Sequence record: PZ445521.1
DNA from: a phage
Length of the DNA stretch: 64,000 nucleotides
Strand: one strand, 5' to 3'
This document shows positions 45,225 to 55,873 of the stretch, in pieces. How positions within the stretch are numbered: the first letter of the stretch is position 1; the number at the start of each line of letters is the position of its first letter. The notes under the pieces are model-generated. The model was not told the DNA's origin. It worked only from the letters and a program-made list of their open reading frames with translations, and did no database searches. Both the position numbers and the translations under genes were made by a program.

Positions 45225-45572
45225 TCAATACGGTTTAGCATCAAATTTTCTCTCAATTTCAGGCGTGAAATATAATTCTTTACCGCGTTTGGAAAAGCGA
45301 CCAATAATATGATAATTATTCTCATCAAACGTGATATTACCAATATCCATAGCTTTCAACCAAATATCGATATTTCTATCCAACTTTATGTCAAAATTCC
45401 AATACGGAGAACTATTACCGAAAATACTGCAAGCGGATTCAGTAAAACAACTACTATAAATCTTATCTTTAGGAACTACTAATTGATAGACACCTTTAAT
45501 AAACTGAGGACCCTGCCATTTTGGTTGTTTCGTGTCTTTTTCTAATAGAATAGGGTAATAATTAAAATTCAT
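45225..45572 (-). CDS. hypothetical protein between frd and td
   Basis: 115 aa ORF filling a 412-bp gap between frd stop and td start; no motif recognised. Confidence 0.6.
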   Translation of the reverse strand: MNFNYYPILLEKDTKQPKWQGPQFIKGVYQLVVPKDKIYSSCFTESACSIFGNSSPYWNFDIKLDRNIDIWLKAMDIGNITFDENNYHIIGRFSKRGKELYFTPEIERKFDAKPY

Positions 45573-45591
45573 ATTTCCGCCACGCGTTATT

Positions 45592-46418
<827 letters not shown>

Positions 46419-46429
46419 ATTATCTCCTA

Positions 46430-46762
46430 TTAAAAAGGATCAGGAACATATCCGCTAGCTTTAATCATTTTAATTAACGTTAACATTCCTTTGTTAACTG
46501 CTCGTGAGATTTCATCAAAAACTTCATCACTAAAAAGTTCTAACACGCCCTTCTGAACTTTTAATTTACAGCCAACAATTTCTTCATCGCCTATAGTAAA
46601 TTCATTACCACCAATTCCACCGAAAAACTTAATTACACCAGTTAACTGTCTTCCACGAGAATATGGGTCGTGTGATAAAGTAATATGAGTCACCCCGGGT
46701 ACAGTTTTAAATTGGCAGCGAATATTTACTTGTGAAATTCCAGTTACATGAATGTCAGACAT
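46430..46762 (-). CDS. hypothetical protein (frd.2 position)
   Basis: 110 aa. Confidence 0.6.
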   Translation of the reverse strand: MSDIHVTGISQVNIRCQFKTVPGVTHITLSHDPYSRGRQLTGVIKFFGGIGGNEFTIGDEEIVGCKLKVQKGVLELFSDEVFDEISRAVNKGMLTLIKMIKASGYVPDPF

Positions 46763-46772
46763 AATATTTTCC

Positions 46773-47015
46773 TCAAATAGACTTTTTCACAATTTTCCAA
46801 TCAGCTTTAAACTGATCGACGTCAGAGTGATAAATCCAAAATCCTGCGCTTTCACCGTCTTCATAAAGCGGACACCCATCACATTCATCTTCCCATCCCA
46901 TGCCACGTAAAAGGTGTTCAGCTTTTTCAACAAGTTCAGAATCTTTACCGATGATATTAAAATACCATTTACCTCTAACTTCCGAATCTTTGATGCTCTG
47001 ACGTTGTAATCTCAT
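46773..47015 (-). CDS. hypothetical protein (frd.3 position)
   Basis: 80 aa. Confidence 0.55.
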   Translation of the reverse strand: MRLQRQSIKDSEVRGKWYFNIIGKDSELVEKAEHLLRGMGWEDECDGCPLYEDGESAGFWIYHSDVDQFKADWKIVKKSI

Positions 47016-47037
47016 TTTATTCTCCTCAAGTTGATAA

Positions 47038-47071
47038 GGCTATAGTATCATTACCATAGCCCGTTGTAAAC
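47038..47071 (-). promoter_or_regulatory. early promoter with hairpin in the spacer
   Basis: minus GTTTAC, 18 nt, TACTAT; inverted repeat ggctat/atagcc. Confidence 0.55.
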
Positions 47072-47073
47072 AA

Positions 47074-47376
47074 TTATTTTTGAATTTTATCGAGCCACTT
47101 ACCAGGCTTAATCATTTCTTTAGTAGCCTTTTCCATACTTCTGAACTTGACCAATAGAGGATAGGTATCGACACCCATAACTAAACTGGTTACAAGACTG
47201 TGTTCACCTACAAGCCATAACGAATACGTTTGAATACCGAGCCCGTAATTTCTGTCTTTATGGACCCGTACACCCATCACTTCAAATTTCTCACTAGCTT
47301 TTTCTACCGCATCCAGGAAATCATCTTTAGTCATATTAGGCCTTAAAAGTTTTTCGCAAAAGTTCAATGATTTCAT
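47074..47376 (-). CDS. hypothetical protein
   Basis: 100 aa. Confidence 0.55.
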   Translation of the reverse strand: MKSLNFCEKLLRPNMTKDDFLDAVEKASEKFEVMGVRVHKDRNYGLGIQTYSLWLVGEHSLVTSLVMGVDTYPLLVKFRSMEKATKEMIKPGKWLDKIQK

Positions 47377-47716
47377 CTACATTGTTTTCATCTACAATGC
47401 AGTGAATTTTTGTTACGCCAGAAACCTTGTCTTTGACTTCATCTTCTTCAGAAGTCGGTTCTTTATACTCACGAAAACAATGAAATTCATCTTCGCAAAT
47501 TTCTAAAAGTCTATCTTTGAGGTAAAAATGCTTTCCATTTGCGCATTCAATGTGTTTTACTGCTTTATATCCATTAGCGACGGAAACTTCTTTAACTTCA
47601 AACCATCCGCCATTATCTCGAATAGCTTTAACGATTGATGAATTAGAACGTGGGCTATAATTAATAAATGTATCAATAAGTCTTGGAACAAGTTCATACT
47701 TTTTGCCAATATACAT
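47336..47716 (-). CDS. hypothetical protein
   Basis: 126 aa; overlaps downstream ORF by 41 nt. Confidence 0.55.
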   Translation of the reverse strand: MYIGKKYELVPRLIDTFINYSPRSNSSIVKAIRDNGGWFEVKEVSVANGYKAVKHIECANGKHFYLKDRLLEICEDEFHCFREYKEPTSEEDEVKDKVSGVTKIHCIVDENNVDEIIELLRKTFKA

Positions 47717-47760
47717 TATGTTTTCCTCATTTTAACGGGGCTGTAATAGCCCCTTAATAA

Positions 47761-48012
47761 TTATTGTTCAATCAGTCCCATGTAAAATTCTGCGTCTTCA
47801 GAATCCATGCCGTCACAATACTCATTAGCCATAAAGCGGGTGAGGTCTTCAAGAGGACCTTCAATGACAATAGAAAAATTGCAATAATTGGGATCATCGT
47901 GAATACTTGTGATACTAAGCTCAGGATAACGATTACGAATAATTTCTTCAATATATTCAAAATCAACGATGTCAATATCAACTTTAGCCATATTATTTTC
48001 CTCTTTAATCAT
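47761..48012 (-). CDS. hypothetical acidic protein
   Basis: 83 aa; preferred over the overlapping alternate-frame ORF at 47772-47981. Confidence 0.5.
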   Translation of the reverse strand: MIKEENNMAKVDIDIVDFEYIEEIIRNRYPELSITSIHDDPNYCNFSIVIEGPLEDLTRFMANEYCDGMDSEDAEFYMGLIEQ

Positions 48013-48034
48013 CAGCAGTATTGCCGATAGTTGT

Positions 48035-48064
48035 ATAGTACCACAGTCCTTGTGGTATGTAAAC
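48035..48064 (-). promoter_or_regulatory. early promoter with hairpin in the spacer
   Basis: minus GTTTAC, 18 nt, TACTAT; inverted repeat taccaca/tgtggta. Confidence 0.55.
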
Positions 48065-48095
48065 TGTTTTGTGAAAAAATTTTTGAAATAAAAAA

Positions 48096-48114
48096 GGGGA
48101 CCCTAGAGGTCCCC
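48096..48114 (-). terminator. rho-independent terminator after gene 32
   Basis: hairpin ggggaccctagaggtcccc, T tract on minus strand. Confidence 0.75.
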
Positions 48115-48136
48115 AATTAATTAGTAATATAATCTA

Positions 48137-49045
48137 TTAAAGGTCATTCAAAAGGTCATCCAGGTCCGTGTCATCAGCACTAGATGAACTACCAGAGCTT
48201 GAGCTCATAAAATCATCTTCAGTTTTTGTATTAAAGTCATCAACATTGAATGCATCCAAATCATCAGCAACTTTATCAGCTTTCTTAGCAGCAGTTGCAG
48301 CAGCACTGCCCATCACAGCAGTTCCCATAACTTGACCGAATTTAGTGCTCAGTTCTTCAAATGATTTGAATTTATCTTTAGAAGTCATTTCAGAAAGATC
48401 AACCATTTGTTCGAACAGTTCTTTCTGGAAAGATTCATCGTCAATGTTTGGAATCGCAGATTGATTCAGGAATTTAGATTCATCGTAGTTACTAAATCCA
48501 GAAACTTGTTTAACTTTCAGTACAAAGTTAGCACCTTCCCACGGACAAGTTACATCAACCGGAGTTTCACCCATTTCAACATCAACTGCAATCATTGCAT
48601 TGATTTTATCCCAGATTTTCTTACCGAAACGGTATTTAAATACTTTACCTTCGTTTTCTGGAGCAGCTGGGTCTTTTACTACAAGAATGTTAGCCCAGTA
48701 AGAAGTTTTACGTTTAACAAGACTGTACTCTTTATTGTCAGTGTTGTACAGATCATTTTTACTGATGTATTGACATACTGGGCAAGAATCGTAATCACCG
48801 TGGGTAGATGAGCATGTTTCGATATACCATTTACCATTTTTCTTGAAACCGTGATTTACAAGAAGTGCGAATGGTGCTTGTTCATCATTTTTAGACGGAA
48901 GAAAACGAATTACTGCTTGACCGTTACCCGCATTGTCGAGTTTCAGTTTCCACTCGCCTTTATCTTCAGAAGAAAAACCACCTTTATTTCCAGCCAGTTT
49001 AGCCATTTGTGCAGCGAGTTCAGCAGTAGATTTACGTTTAAACAT
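48137..49045 (-). CDS. 32: single-stranded DNA-binding protein gp32
   Basis: 302 aa; recognised gp32 with Ser/Asp-rich acidic C-terminus. Confidence 0.95.
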   Translation of the reverse strand: MFKRKSTAELAAQMAKLAGNKGGFSSEDKGEWKLKLDNAGNGQAVIRFLPSKNDEQAPFALLVNHGFKKNGKWYIETCSSTHGDYDSCPVCQYISKNDLYNTDNKEYSLVKRKTSYWANILVVKDPAAPENEGKVFKYRFGKKIWDKINAMIAVDVEMGETPVDVTCPWEGANFVLKVKQVSGFSNYDESKFLNQSAIPNIDDESFQKELFEQMVDLSEMTSKDKFKSFEELSTKFGQVMGTAVMGSAAATAAKKADKVADDLDAFNVDDFNTKTEDDFMSSSSGSSSSADDTDLDDLLNDL

Positions 49046-49095
49046 TTTTATTTCCTTTTTAATTTAATTAACAGTTGGTGCTATGACACTTTACC

Positions 49096-49728
49096 TCATA
49101 GCTGGCATAATTCGCAATACTCTGGGTCTTCGAGAGGTATCCAACCCGAGTTGAAATACTTTACCATCGATTTAGCAGTTGTATCAGTTATATTTATATT
49201 ACCTTTAACTCTTCGCCATCCAGGAGTTTTACCGTACAGATTAGAGGATAATAATAACACATAATTCTCGTAAGCAATATGAGATAATTTCCAAGACTCT
49301 ATATTAGCTCGTGATGTTTTCCAAGGTCTGAAATCGTCACGGTTCATATAATTAGCCAATCTCATATGCTCTCTAACTTCCGGGTCTTTAGCTGGGTGAG
49401 TTTCACCACTCACACCAAATCCGCCGCCAGCATATACCAGATTAAAATAGTCTGGATTATCTCTGGCATTTACTTCAAGTTGGTATTTTCGCTCTGCTTC
49501 AATAACATCCAAATCATCATCAATTTGAATTATTTTAACGCTCGGTTTTTGAAGCATTACCGCATTTAAAAATCTTTTTTGTTTACACGAACTCCAGTAT
49601 TCCTTTCCGGAAGAGTCATATATTATTCCGTTCTCAAATGAGCAATTTAATTTACTACCGATATAGTAGTATGGCGGAGTCTTATTTTTGACACGGTCTT
49701 CAAATGTAAACCAATATACTATATTCAT
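49096..49728 (-). CDS. GIY-YIG homing endonuclease, SegG-like
   Basis: 210 aa; N-terminal VYW...YYIGS; sits between 59 and 32. Confidence 0.65.
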   Translation of the reverse strand: MNIVYWFTFEDRVKNKTPPYYYIGSKLNCSFENGIIYDSSGKEYWSSCKQKRFLNAVMLQKPSVKIIQIDDDLDVIEAERKYQLEVNARDNPDYFNLVYAGGGFGVSGETHPAKDPEVREHMRLANYMNRDDFRPWKTSRANIESWKLSHIAYENYVLLLSSNLYGKTPGWRRVKGNINITDTTAKSMVKYFNSGWIPLEDPEYCELCQL

Positions 49729-49729
49729 A

Positions 49730-50383
49730 TCAATACTTGCAAGATTTCACAGTTTCAATGAAAACACTTTTAGCTTTCTGCGAATCAATATTTAAAATTT
49801 TTCTATAAGCCTTTAACTTTATAGAATAATTATTCCAGACTAAATTATCAGTCTGTTCATCATGTTTATCGATTATATTTAAAAACGAATCAAGCAAGAT
49901 AAACGTCTCAAACGAAATTATATTCGATTGAAGTAGTTTAAAAATATAACTTGATTGAACTTTTGGATTATATTCAAAAATTTCTTTAAAAGCAGAAACT
50001 TCAACTTTTTTACTAAAATAATAAATGTTGCGAATATCTTCTTCAAACTTAAATTTAATTTGCTTTAAGCGTCCGATATATTCACGATAAAACACAAGTG
50101 CATCAGCGTCAGAGATGTCGCCAATCCAAGCATCTTGGTTAGCAACCAAATTACTTATAAAGATTAAAGCAAGTTCCTTTAATTTATATTTTTCTGATAA
50201 CTTCTGAAAAAAATACTTATCCCTTCGCTTTTGATAAGCGGCATCAGACACCCGCATGCACCAATTATACTTAATAACATCATACTTTCCATTCATATGT
50301 TGTTTTATCATTAAGTATAATTTATAAACTGATTTACCATCAATGTATCTTTCACCACCAGCAGGCATGCGGAGTTTAATCAT
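49730..50383 (-). CDS. 59: helicase loader gp59
   Basis: 217 aa as T4 gp59. Confidence 0.88.
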   Translation of the reverse strand: MIKLRMPAGGERYIDGKSVYKLYLMIKQHMNGKYDVIKYNWCMRVSDAAYQKRRDKYFFQKLSEKYKLKELALIFISNLVANQDAWIGDISDADALVFYREYIGRLKQIKFKFEEDIRNIYYFSKKVEVSAFKEIFEYNPKVQSSYIFKLLQSNIISFETFILLDSFLNIIDKHDEQTDNLVWNNYSIKLKAYRKILNIDSQKAKSVFIETVKSCKY

Positions 50384-50718
50384 AGCAGAAAATCTAATGT
50401 ATTAGTTTTTTCACAACGAACAACAGAAGGACGTAAAAGATTTTCGTCAATAGCTTCCGACTGAATTTTTTCAATTATACCCGAAGGAATAAATTTAGCA
50501 AATTGAGTTTCAGGAATAGAGTTTTCTTCCAAGAATGCTGTCGTAGCTTCAAGATAACTCATTCCAAACTCTTCTACCATTTTTTCAATAATAAATCCAT
50601 TTTCTTGACGATCAAGAAGCTTTGCTATTTCATCCTTTTCTTTCTTGATTGAAAGTTCTTTTTCTGAAAGACCGGTCTCATCGACCGGGCGAATATCATT
50701 TAGAGAAAACTGTGTCAT
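50380..50718 (-). CDS. 33: late transcription co-activator gp33
   Basis: 112 aa from MTQFSLND. Confidence 0.88.
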   Translation of the reverse strand: MTQFSLNDIRPVDETGLSEKELSIKKEKDEIAKLLDRQENGFIIEKMVEEFGMSYLEATTAFLEENSIPETQFAKFIPSGIIEKIQSEAIDENLLRPSVVRCEKTNTLDFLL

Positions 50719-50965
50719 AAAGTTCAACTACCTCTTCAGTTTCAGCTTCAAACACATCACGGTTATCTTTATGATACAAAGCTAATAGACGATTAAACAT
50801 CTTACCATCAACGCCAAGTTCATCTTTGGCACGAATTCGAATATCTTTAATCAGTTCATTATAACCGGAAATTTTCAGTTTATGATCAGATGCTTCTTTA
50901 ATAAATTTAGCCAAGTCTTCGCCATGGATAGCTTCATCAAATTCAACCATTTCTTTTTTAGCCAT
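50696..50965 (-). CDS. dsbA: dsDNA-binding protein DsbA
   Basis: 89 aa; synteny. Confidence 0.85.
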   Translation of the reverse strand: MAKKEMVEFDEAIHGEDLAKFIKEASDHKLKISGYNELIKDIRIRAKDELGVDGKMFNRLLALYHKDNRDVFEAETEEVVELYDTVFSK

Positions 50966-50973
50966 TATTCACC

Positions 50974-51891
50974 TCAAAATTCATTAATGCTATTAGTTAA
51001 TTTAGAAAGACCCGCTTTTACAAAATATGAATAAATTTTGCCACGCGGTGGTAATTTATATGAATTATAGTAATTCACAATGTTTGAAGCAATATTATCA
51101 GGAATATAATCAAAATCAATTAGAACTAAATTTTCTTTATATCGATTATATTCAGATTCAGTGAGAAGCACCTTAGCTTGCTCGCGGTCATTAGCAATAG
51201 CTTCAACAATAGAGGTTTTCATTGAAGGAGTTCGTTCACCTTCAACTCTGGTAAACCAAAAGTCAGATCGTACTTTAACTGAAGCAACGTTATCCTTTTT
51301 GTCACCTTTAAGGATTTTAGTCATACAGTCAATTTCAGCAGAACCGCTTTTAATTTTAACCCATTTCTTGTGCATCGGTGACCATTGCTTAACATTTGGG
51401 TATTTATGGAGTTGAGTAAAGTCACCATCCGATGAAATGATTAAAATCTTATGTCCTTCTAAAGAGAACTTTTTAACAAGAACAGCAATATGGTCATCTG
51501 CTTCATACTTATCAATATCCATAACAATGTATGGCATATAAGCTTTCAATTCATCTATAACTTTATGACTGGATTCAAAATAACCTTCCCAGTCCCAAGT
51601 AGATTCTTCTCGTGCTTTTCCACGGTTTTTCTTATAATAATAAGCAAAATCACGACGCCAATATCCAGATTTCGCGTTATCAATACACAGTACAATTTTA
51701 GTGTATCCAAGAGCTTTTGCTTTTTTGACATTAAACTTAATTGAGTTCAATATCAAATGACGAACCATTGATAAATTAATTTTTTCTTTATCTGGAAAGT
51801 TTACCAAAGCAGTTGAAAGCGCAATTTGACTAAAGTCAATTAAGCAGATTCCTTCTTTGTAATCTTTATCCAGCATCATTTCTAAATCCAT
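50974..51891 (-). CDS. rnh: RNase H (5'-3' exonuclease / flap endonuclease)
   Basis: about 305 aa from MDLEMML; acidic active-site clusters. Confidence 0.9.
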   Translation of the reverse strand: MDLEMMLDKDYKEGICLIDFSQIALSTALVNFPDKEKINLSMVRHLILNSIKFNVKKAKALGYTKIVLCIDNAKSGYWRRDFAYYYKKNRGKAREESTWDWEGYFESSHKVIDELKAYMPYIVMDIDKYEADDHIAVLVKKFSLEGHKILIISSDGDFTQLHKYPNVKQWSPMHKKWVKIKSGSAEIDCMTKILKGDKKDNVASVKVRSDFWFTRVEGERTPSMKTSIVEAIANDREQAKVLLTESEYNRYKENLVLIDFDYIPDNIASNIVNYYNSYKLPPRGKIYSYFVKAGLSKLTNSINEF

Positions 51892-51919
51892 ATGAACCTC
51901 GTTCAATTAGTGAGATTTC

Positions 51920-51950
51920 TATTATATACCATCCGAATCTTAAAGTAAAC
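51920..51950 (-). promoter_or_regulatory. early promoter upstream of rnh
   Basis: minus GTTTAC, 18 nt, TATAAT. Confidence 0.55.
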
Positions 51951-51953
51951 AAG

Positions 51954-51961
51954 TATAAATA
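51954..51961 (+). promoter_or_regulatory. late promoter TATAAATA upstream of gene 34
   Basis: exact TATAAATA about 34 nt before ATG. Confidence 0.6.
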
Positions 51962-51995
51962 CTTATTATTGAAAACACAATAGGAGCCCGGGAGA

Positions 51996-54900
51996 ATGGC
52001 CGAGATTAAAAGAAAGTTCAGAGCAGAAGATGGTCTGGACGCAGGTGGCGATAAAATAATCAACGTAGCTTTAGCTGATCGTACCGTAGGAACTGACGGT
52101 GTTAACGTTGATTACTTAATTCAAGAAAACACAGTTCAACAATATGATCCAACTCGTGGATATTTAAAAGATTTTGTAATCATTTATGATAACCGCTTTT
52201 GGGCTGCTATAAATGATATTCCAAAACCAGCAGGAGCTTTTAATAGCGGACGCTGGAGAGCATTACGTACAGATGCTAACTGGATTACGGTTTCATCTGG
52301 TTCATATCAATTAAAATCTGGTGAAGCAATTTCGGTTAACACTGCAGCTGGAAATGACATTACGTTTACTTTACCATCTTCTCCAATTGATGGCGATACT
52401 ATCGTTCTCCAAGATATTGGAGGAAAACCTGGAGTTAACCAAGTTTTAATTGTAGCTCCAGTGCAAAGTATTGTAAACTTTAGAGGTGAACAGGTACGTT
52501 CAGTACTAATGACTCATCCAAAGTCACAGCTAGTTTTAATTTTTAGTAATCGTCTGTGGCAAATGTATGTTGCTGATTATAGTAGAGAAGCTGTAATTGT
52601 AACACCAGCGAATACTTATCAAGCGCAATCAAATGATTTTATCGTACGTAGATTTACTTCTGCTGCACCAATTAATGTTAAACTTCCAAGATTTGCTAAT
52701 CATGGCGATATTATTAATTTCGTTGATTTAGATAAACTGAATCCACTTTATCATACAATTGTTACTACATACGATGAAACGACTTCAGTACAAGAAGTTG
52801 GAACTCATTCCATTGAAGGCCGTACATCGATTGACGGTTTCTTGATGTTTGATGATAATGAGAAATTGTGGAGATTGTTTGACGGGGATAGTAAAGCACG
52901 TTTACGCATTATAACGACTAATTCTAATATTCGTCCAAACGAAGAAGTTATGGTATTTGGTGCGAATAACGGAACAACTCAAACAATTGAGCTTCAGCTT
53001 CCAACTAATATTTCTGTTGGTGATACTGTTAAAATTTCCATGAATTACATGAGAAAAGGACAAACAGTTAAAATCAAAGCTGCCGGTGAAGATAAAATTG
53101 CTTCTTCAGTTCAATTGCTGCAATTCCCAAAACGTTCAGAATATCCGCCTGAAACTAAATGGGTAACTGTTCAAGAATTAGTTTTTAACGGTGAAACTAA
53201 TTATGTTCCAGTTTTACAGCTTGCTTATATAGAAGATTCTGATGGAAAATACTGGGTTGTACAGCAAAACGTTCCAACTGTAGAAAGAGTAGACTCTTTA
53301 AATGATTCTACTAGAGCAAGATTAGGCGTAATTGCTTTAGCTACACAGGCTCAAGCTAACGTCGATTTAGAAAATTCTCCACAAAAAGAATTAGCAATTA
53401 CTCCAGAAACATTAGCTAACCGTACTGCTACAGAAACTCGTAGAGGTATCGCAAGAATAGCAACTACTGCTCAAGTGAATCAGAACACCACATTCTCTTT
53501 TGCAGATGACCTTATCATCACTCCTAAAAAGCTGAATGAAAGAACAGCTACTGAAACTCGCAGAGGTGTTGCTGAAATTGCTACGCAGCAAGAAACTAAT
53601 ACAGGAACCGATGATACTACAATCATCACTCCTAAAAAGCTTCAAGCTCGTCAAGGTTCTGAATCATTATCTGGTATTGTAACTTTTGTATCTACTGCAG
53701 GTGCTACTCCAGCTTCTAGCCGTGAATTAAATGGTACGAATGTTTATAATAAAAACACTAATAATTTAGTTGTTTCACCTAAAGCTTTGGATCAGTATAA
53801 AGCTACTCCAACACAGCAAGGTGCAGTAATTTTAGCAGTTGAAAGTGAAGTAATTGCTGGACAAAGTCAGGAAGGATGGGCAAATGCGGTTGTAACGCCA
53901 GAAACGTTACATAAAAAGACATCAACTGATGCAAGAATTGGTTTAATTGAAATTGCTACGCAAAGTGAAGTTAATACAGGAACTGATTATACTCGTGCAG
54001 TCACTCCTAAAACTTTAAATGACCGTAGAGCAACTGAAAGTTTAAGTGGTATAGCTGAAATTGCTACACAGGTTGAATTCGACGCAGGCGTCGACGATAC
54101 TCGTATCTCTACACCATTAAAAATTAAAACCAGATTTAATAGTACTGATCGTACTTCTGTTGTTGCTCTATCTGGATTAGTTGAATCAGGAACTCTCTGG
54201 GACCATTATACCCTTAATATTCTTGAAGCAAATGAGACACAGCGTGGTACACTTCGTGTAGCTACACAGGTCGAAGCTGCTGCAGGAACATTAGATAATG
54301 TTTTAATAACTCCTAAAAAGCTTTTAGGTACTAAATCTACCGAATCGCAAGAAGGTGTTATTAAAGTTGCAACTCAGTCTGAAACTGTAGCTGGAACGTC
54401 AGCAAATACTGCTGTATCTCCAAAAAATTTAAAATGGATTGCGCAGAGTGAACCAACTTGGGCAGCTACTACTGCGATAAGGGGCTTTGTTAAAACTTCA
54501 TCTGGTTCAATTACATTCGTTGGTAATGATACAGTCGGTTCTACCCAAGATTTAGAACTGTATGAGAAAAATAGCTATGCGGTATCACCATATGAATTAA
54601 ACCGTGTATTAGCAAATTATTTACCGTTAAAAGCAAAAGCTGCTGATACAAATTTATTGGATGGTCTAGATTCATCTCAGTTCATTCGTAGGGATATTGC
54701 ACAGACGGTTAATGGTTCACTAACCTTAACCCAACAAACGAATCTGAGTGCCCCTCTTGTATCATCTAGTACTGCTACGTTTGGTGGTTCAGTTTCGGCA
54801 AATAGTACATTAACTATTTCTAATACTGGAACTGCAACTCGTCTGATTTTTGAGAAAGGACCTCAAACTGGAACTAACCCAGCACAGACGATGACTATTA

Positions 54901-55865
54901 GAGTTTGGGGAAATCAGTTTGGCGGCGGTTCAGATACAACACGTTCTACTGTATTTGAAGTTGGTGATGAAACATCTAATCACTTTTATTCTCAACGTAA
55001 TAAAGCTGGTAATATTACGTTTAGCATTAATGGTACTGTGATGCCAATAAATGTTAATGCTTCGGGTTCTTTAAATGCGAATGGCGTTGCAACATTTGGT
55101 AGTTCAGTTACAGCCAATGGTGAATTCATCAGCAAGTCTGCAAATGCTTTTAGAGCAATAAACGGTGATTATGGGTTCTTTATTCGCAATGATGCTGCTA
55201 ACACCTATTTTATGCTTACTGCATCGGGTGATCAGACTGGCGGATTTAATGGATTACGTCCTTTGTCTATTAACAATGCATCTGGTCAAGTAACGATCGG
55301 TGAAAGCTTAATCATTGCTAAAGGTGCTACTATAAATTCAGGTGGTTTGACTGTTAACTCGAGAATTCGTTCTCAGGGTACTAAAACATCTGATTTATAT
55401 ACCCGTGCACCAACATCTGATACGGTAGGATTCTGGTCAATTGATATTAACGATTCAGCTACTTATAACCAGTTCCCGGGTTATTTTAAAATGGTTGAAA
55501 AAACTAATGAAGTGACTGGACTTCCGTACTTAGAACGTGGCGAAGAAGTTAAATCTCCTGGTACACTGACACAGTTTGGTAACACACTTGATTCGCTTTA
55601 CCAAGATTGGATTACTTATCCAACGACACCAGAAGCGCGTACCACTCGCTGGACACGTACATGGCAGAAAACCAAAAACTCTTGGTCAAGTTTTGTTCAG
55701 GTATTTGACGGAGGTAACCCTCCTCAACCATCTGATATCGGTGCTTTACCATCTGATAATGCTACAATGGGGAATCTTACTATTCGTGATTTCTTACGAA
55801 TTGGTAATGTTCGCATTATTCCTGACCCAGTGAATAAAACGGTTAAATTTGAATGGGTTGAATAA
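51996..55865 (+). CDS. 34: long tail fibre proximal subunit gp34
   Basis: 1289 aa as T4 gp34. Confidence 0.95.
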   Translation: MAEIKRKFRAEDGLDAGGDKIINVALADRTVGTDGVNVDYLIQENTVQQYDPTRGYLKDFVIIYDNRFWAAINDIPKPAGAFNSGRWRALRTDANWITVSSGSYQLKSGEAISVNTAAGNDITFTLPSSPIDGDTIVLQDIGGKPGVNQVLIVAPVQSIVNFRGEQVRSVLMTHPKSQLVLIFSNRLWQMYVADYSREAVIVTPANTYQAQSNDFIVRRFTSAAPINVKLPRFANHGDIINFVDLDKLNPLYHTIVTTYDETTSVQEVGTHSIEGRTSIDGFLMFDDNEKLWRLFDGDSKARLRIITTNSNIRPNEEVMVFGANNGTTQTIELQLPTNISVGDTVKISMNYMRKGQTVKIKAAGEDKIASSVQLLQFPKRSEYPPETKWVTVQELVFNGETNYVPVLQLAYIEDSDGKYWVVQQNVPTVERVDSLNDSTRARLGVIALATQAQANVDLENSPQKELAITPETLANRTATETRRGIARIATTAQVNQNTTFSFADDLIITPKKLNERTATETRRGVAEIATQQETNTGTDDTTIITPKKLQARQGSESLSGIVTFVSTAGATPASSRELNGTNVYNKNTNNLVVSPKALDQYKATPTQQGAVILAVESEVIAGQSQEGWANAVVTPETLHKKTSTDARIGLIEIATQSEVNTGTDYTRAVTPKTLNDRRATESLSGIAEIATQVEFDAGVDDTRISTPLKIKTRFNSTDRTSVVALSGLVESGTLWDHYTLNILEANETQRGTLRVATQVEAAAGTLDNVLITPKKLLGTKSTESQEGVIKVATQSETVAGTSANTAVSPKNLKWIAQSEPTWAATTAIRGFVKTSSGSITFVGNDTVGSTQDLELYEKNSYAVSPYELNRVLANYLPLKAKAADTNLLDGLDSSQFIRRDIAQTVNGSLTLTQQTNLSAPLVSSSTATFGGSVSANSTLTISNTGTATRLIFEKGPQTGTNPAQTMTIRVWGNQFGGGSDTTRSTVFEVGDETSNHFYSQRNKAGNITFSINGTVMPINVNASGSLNANGVATFGSSVTANGEFISKSANAFRAINGDYGFFIRNDAANTYFMLTASGDQTGGFNGLRPLSINNASGQVTIGESLIIAKGATINSGGLTVNSRIRSQGTKTSDLYTRAPTSDTVGFWSIDINDSATYNQFPGYFKMVEKTNEVTGLPYLERGEEVKSPGTLTQFGNTLDSLYQDWITYPTTPEARTTRWTRTWQKTKNSWSSFVQVFDGGNPPQPSDIGALPSDNATMGNLTIRDFLRIGNVRIIPDPVNKTVKFEWVE

Positions 55866-55873
55866 GAGGTATT

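Noticed and set aside
47772-47981. Alternate-frame 69-aa hydrophobic ORF overlapping the 83-aa ORF at 47761-48012
   Set aside because: Both are on the minus strand in different frames. I kept the longer acidic ORF, and the hydrophobic reading is likely a frame artefact, though a small membrane peptide cannot be excluded without expression data.
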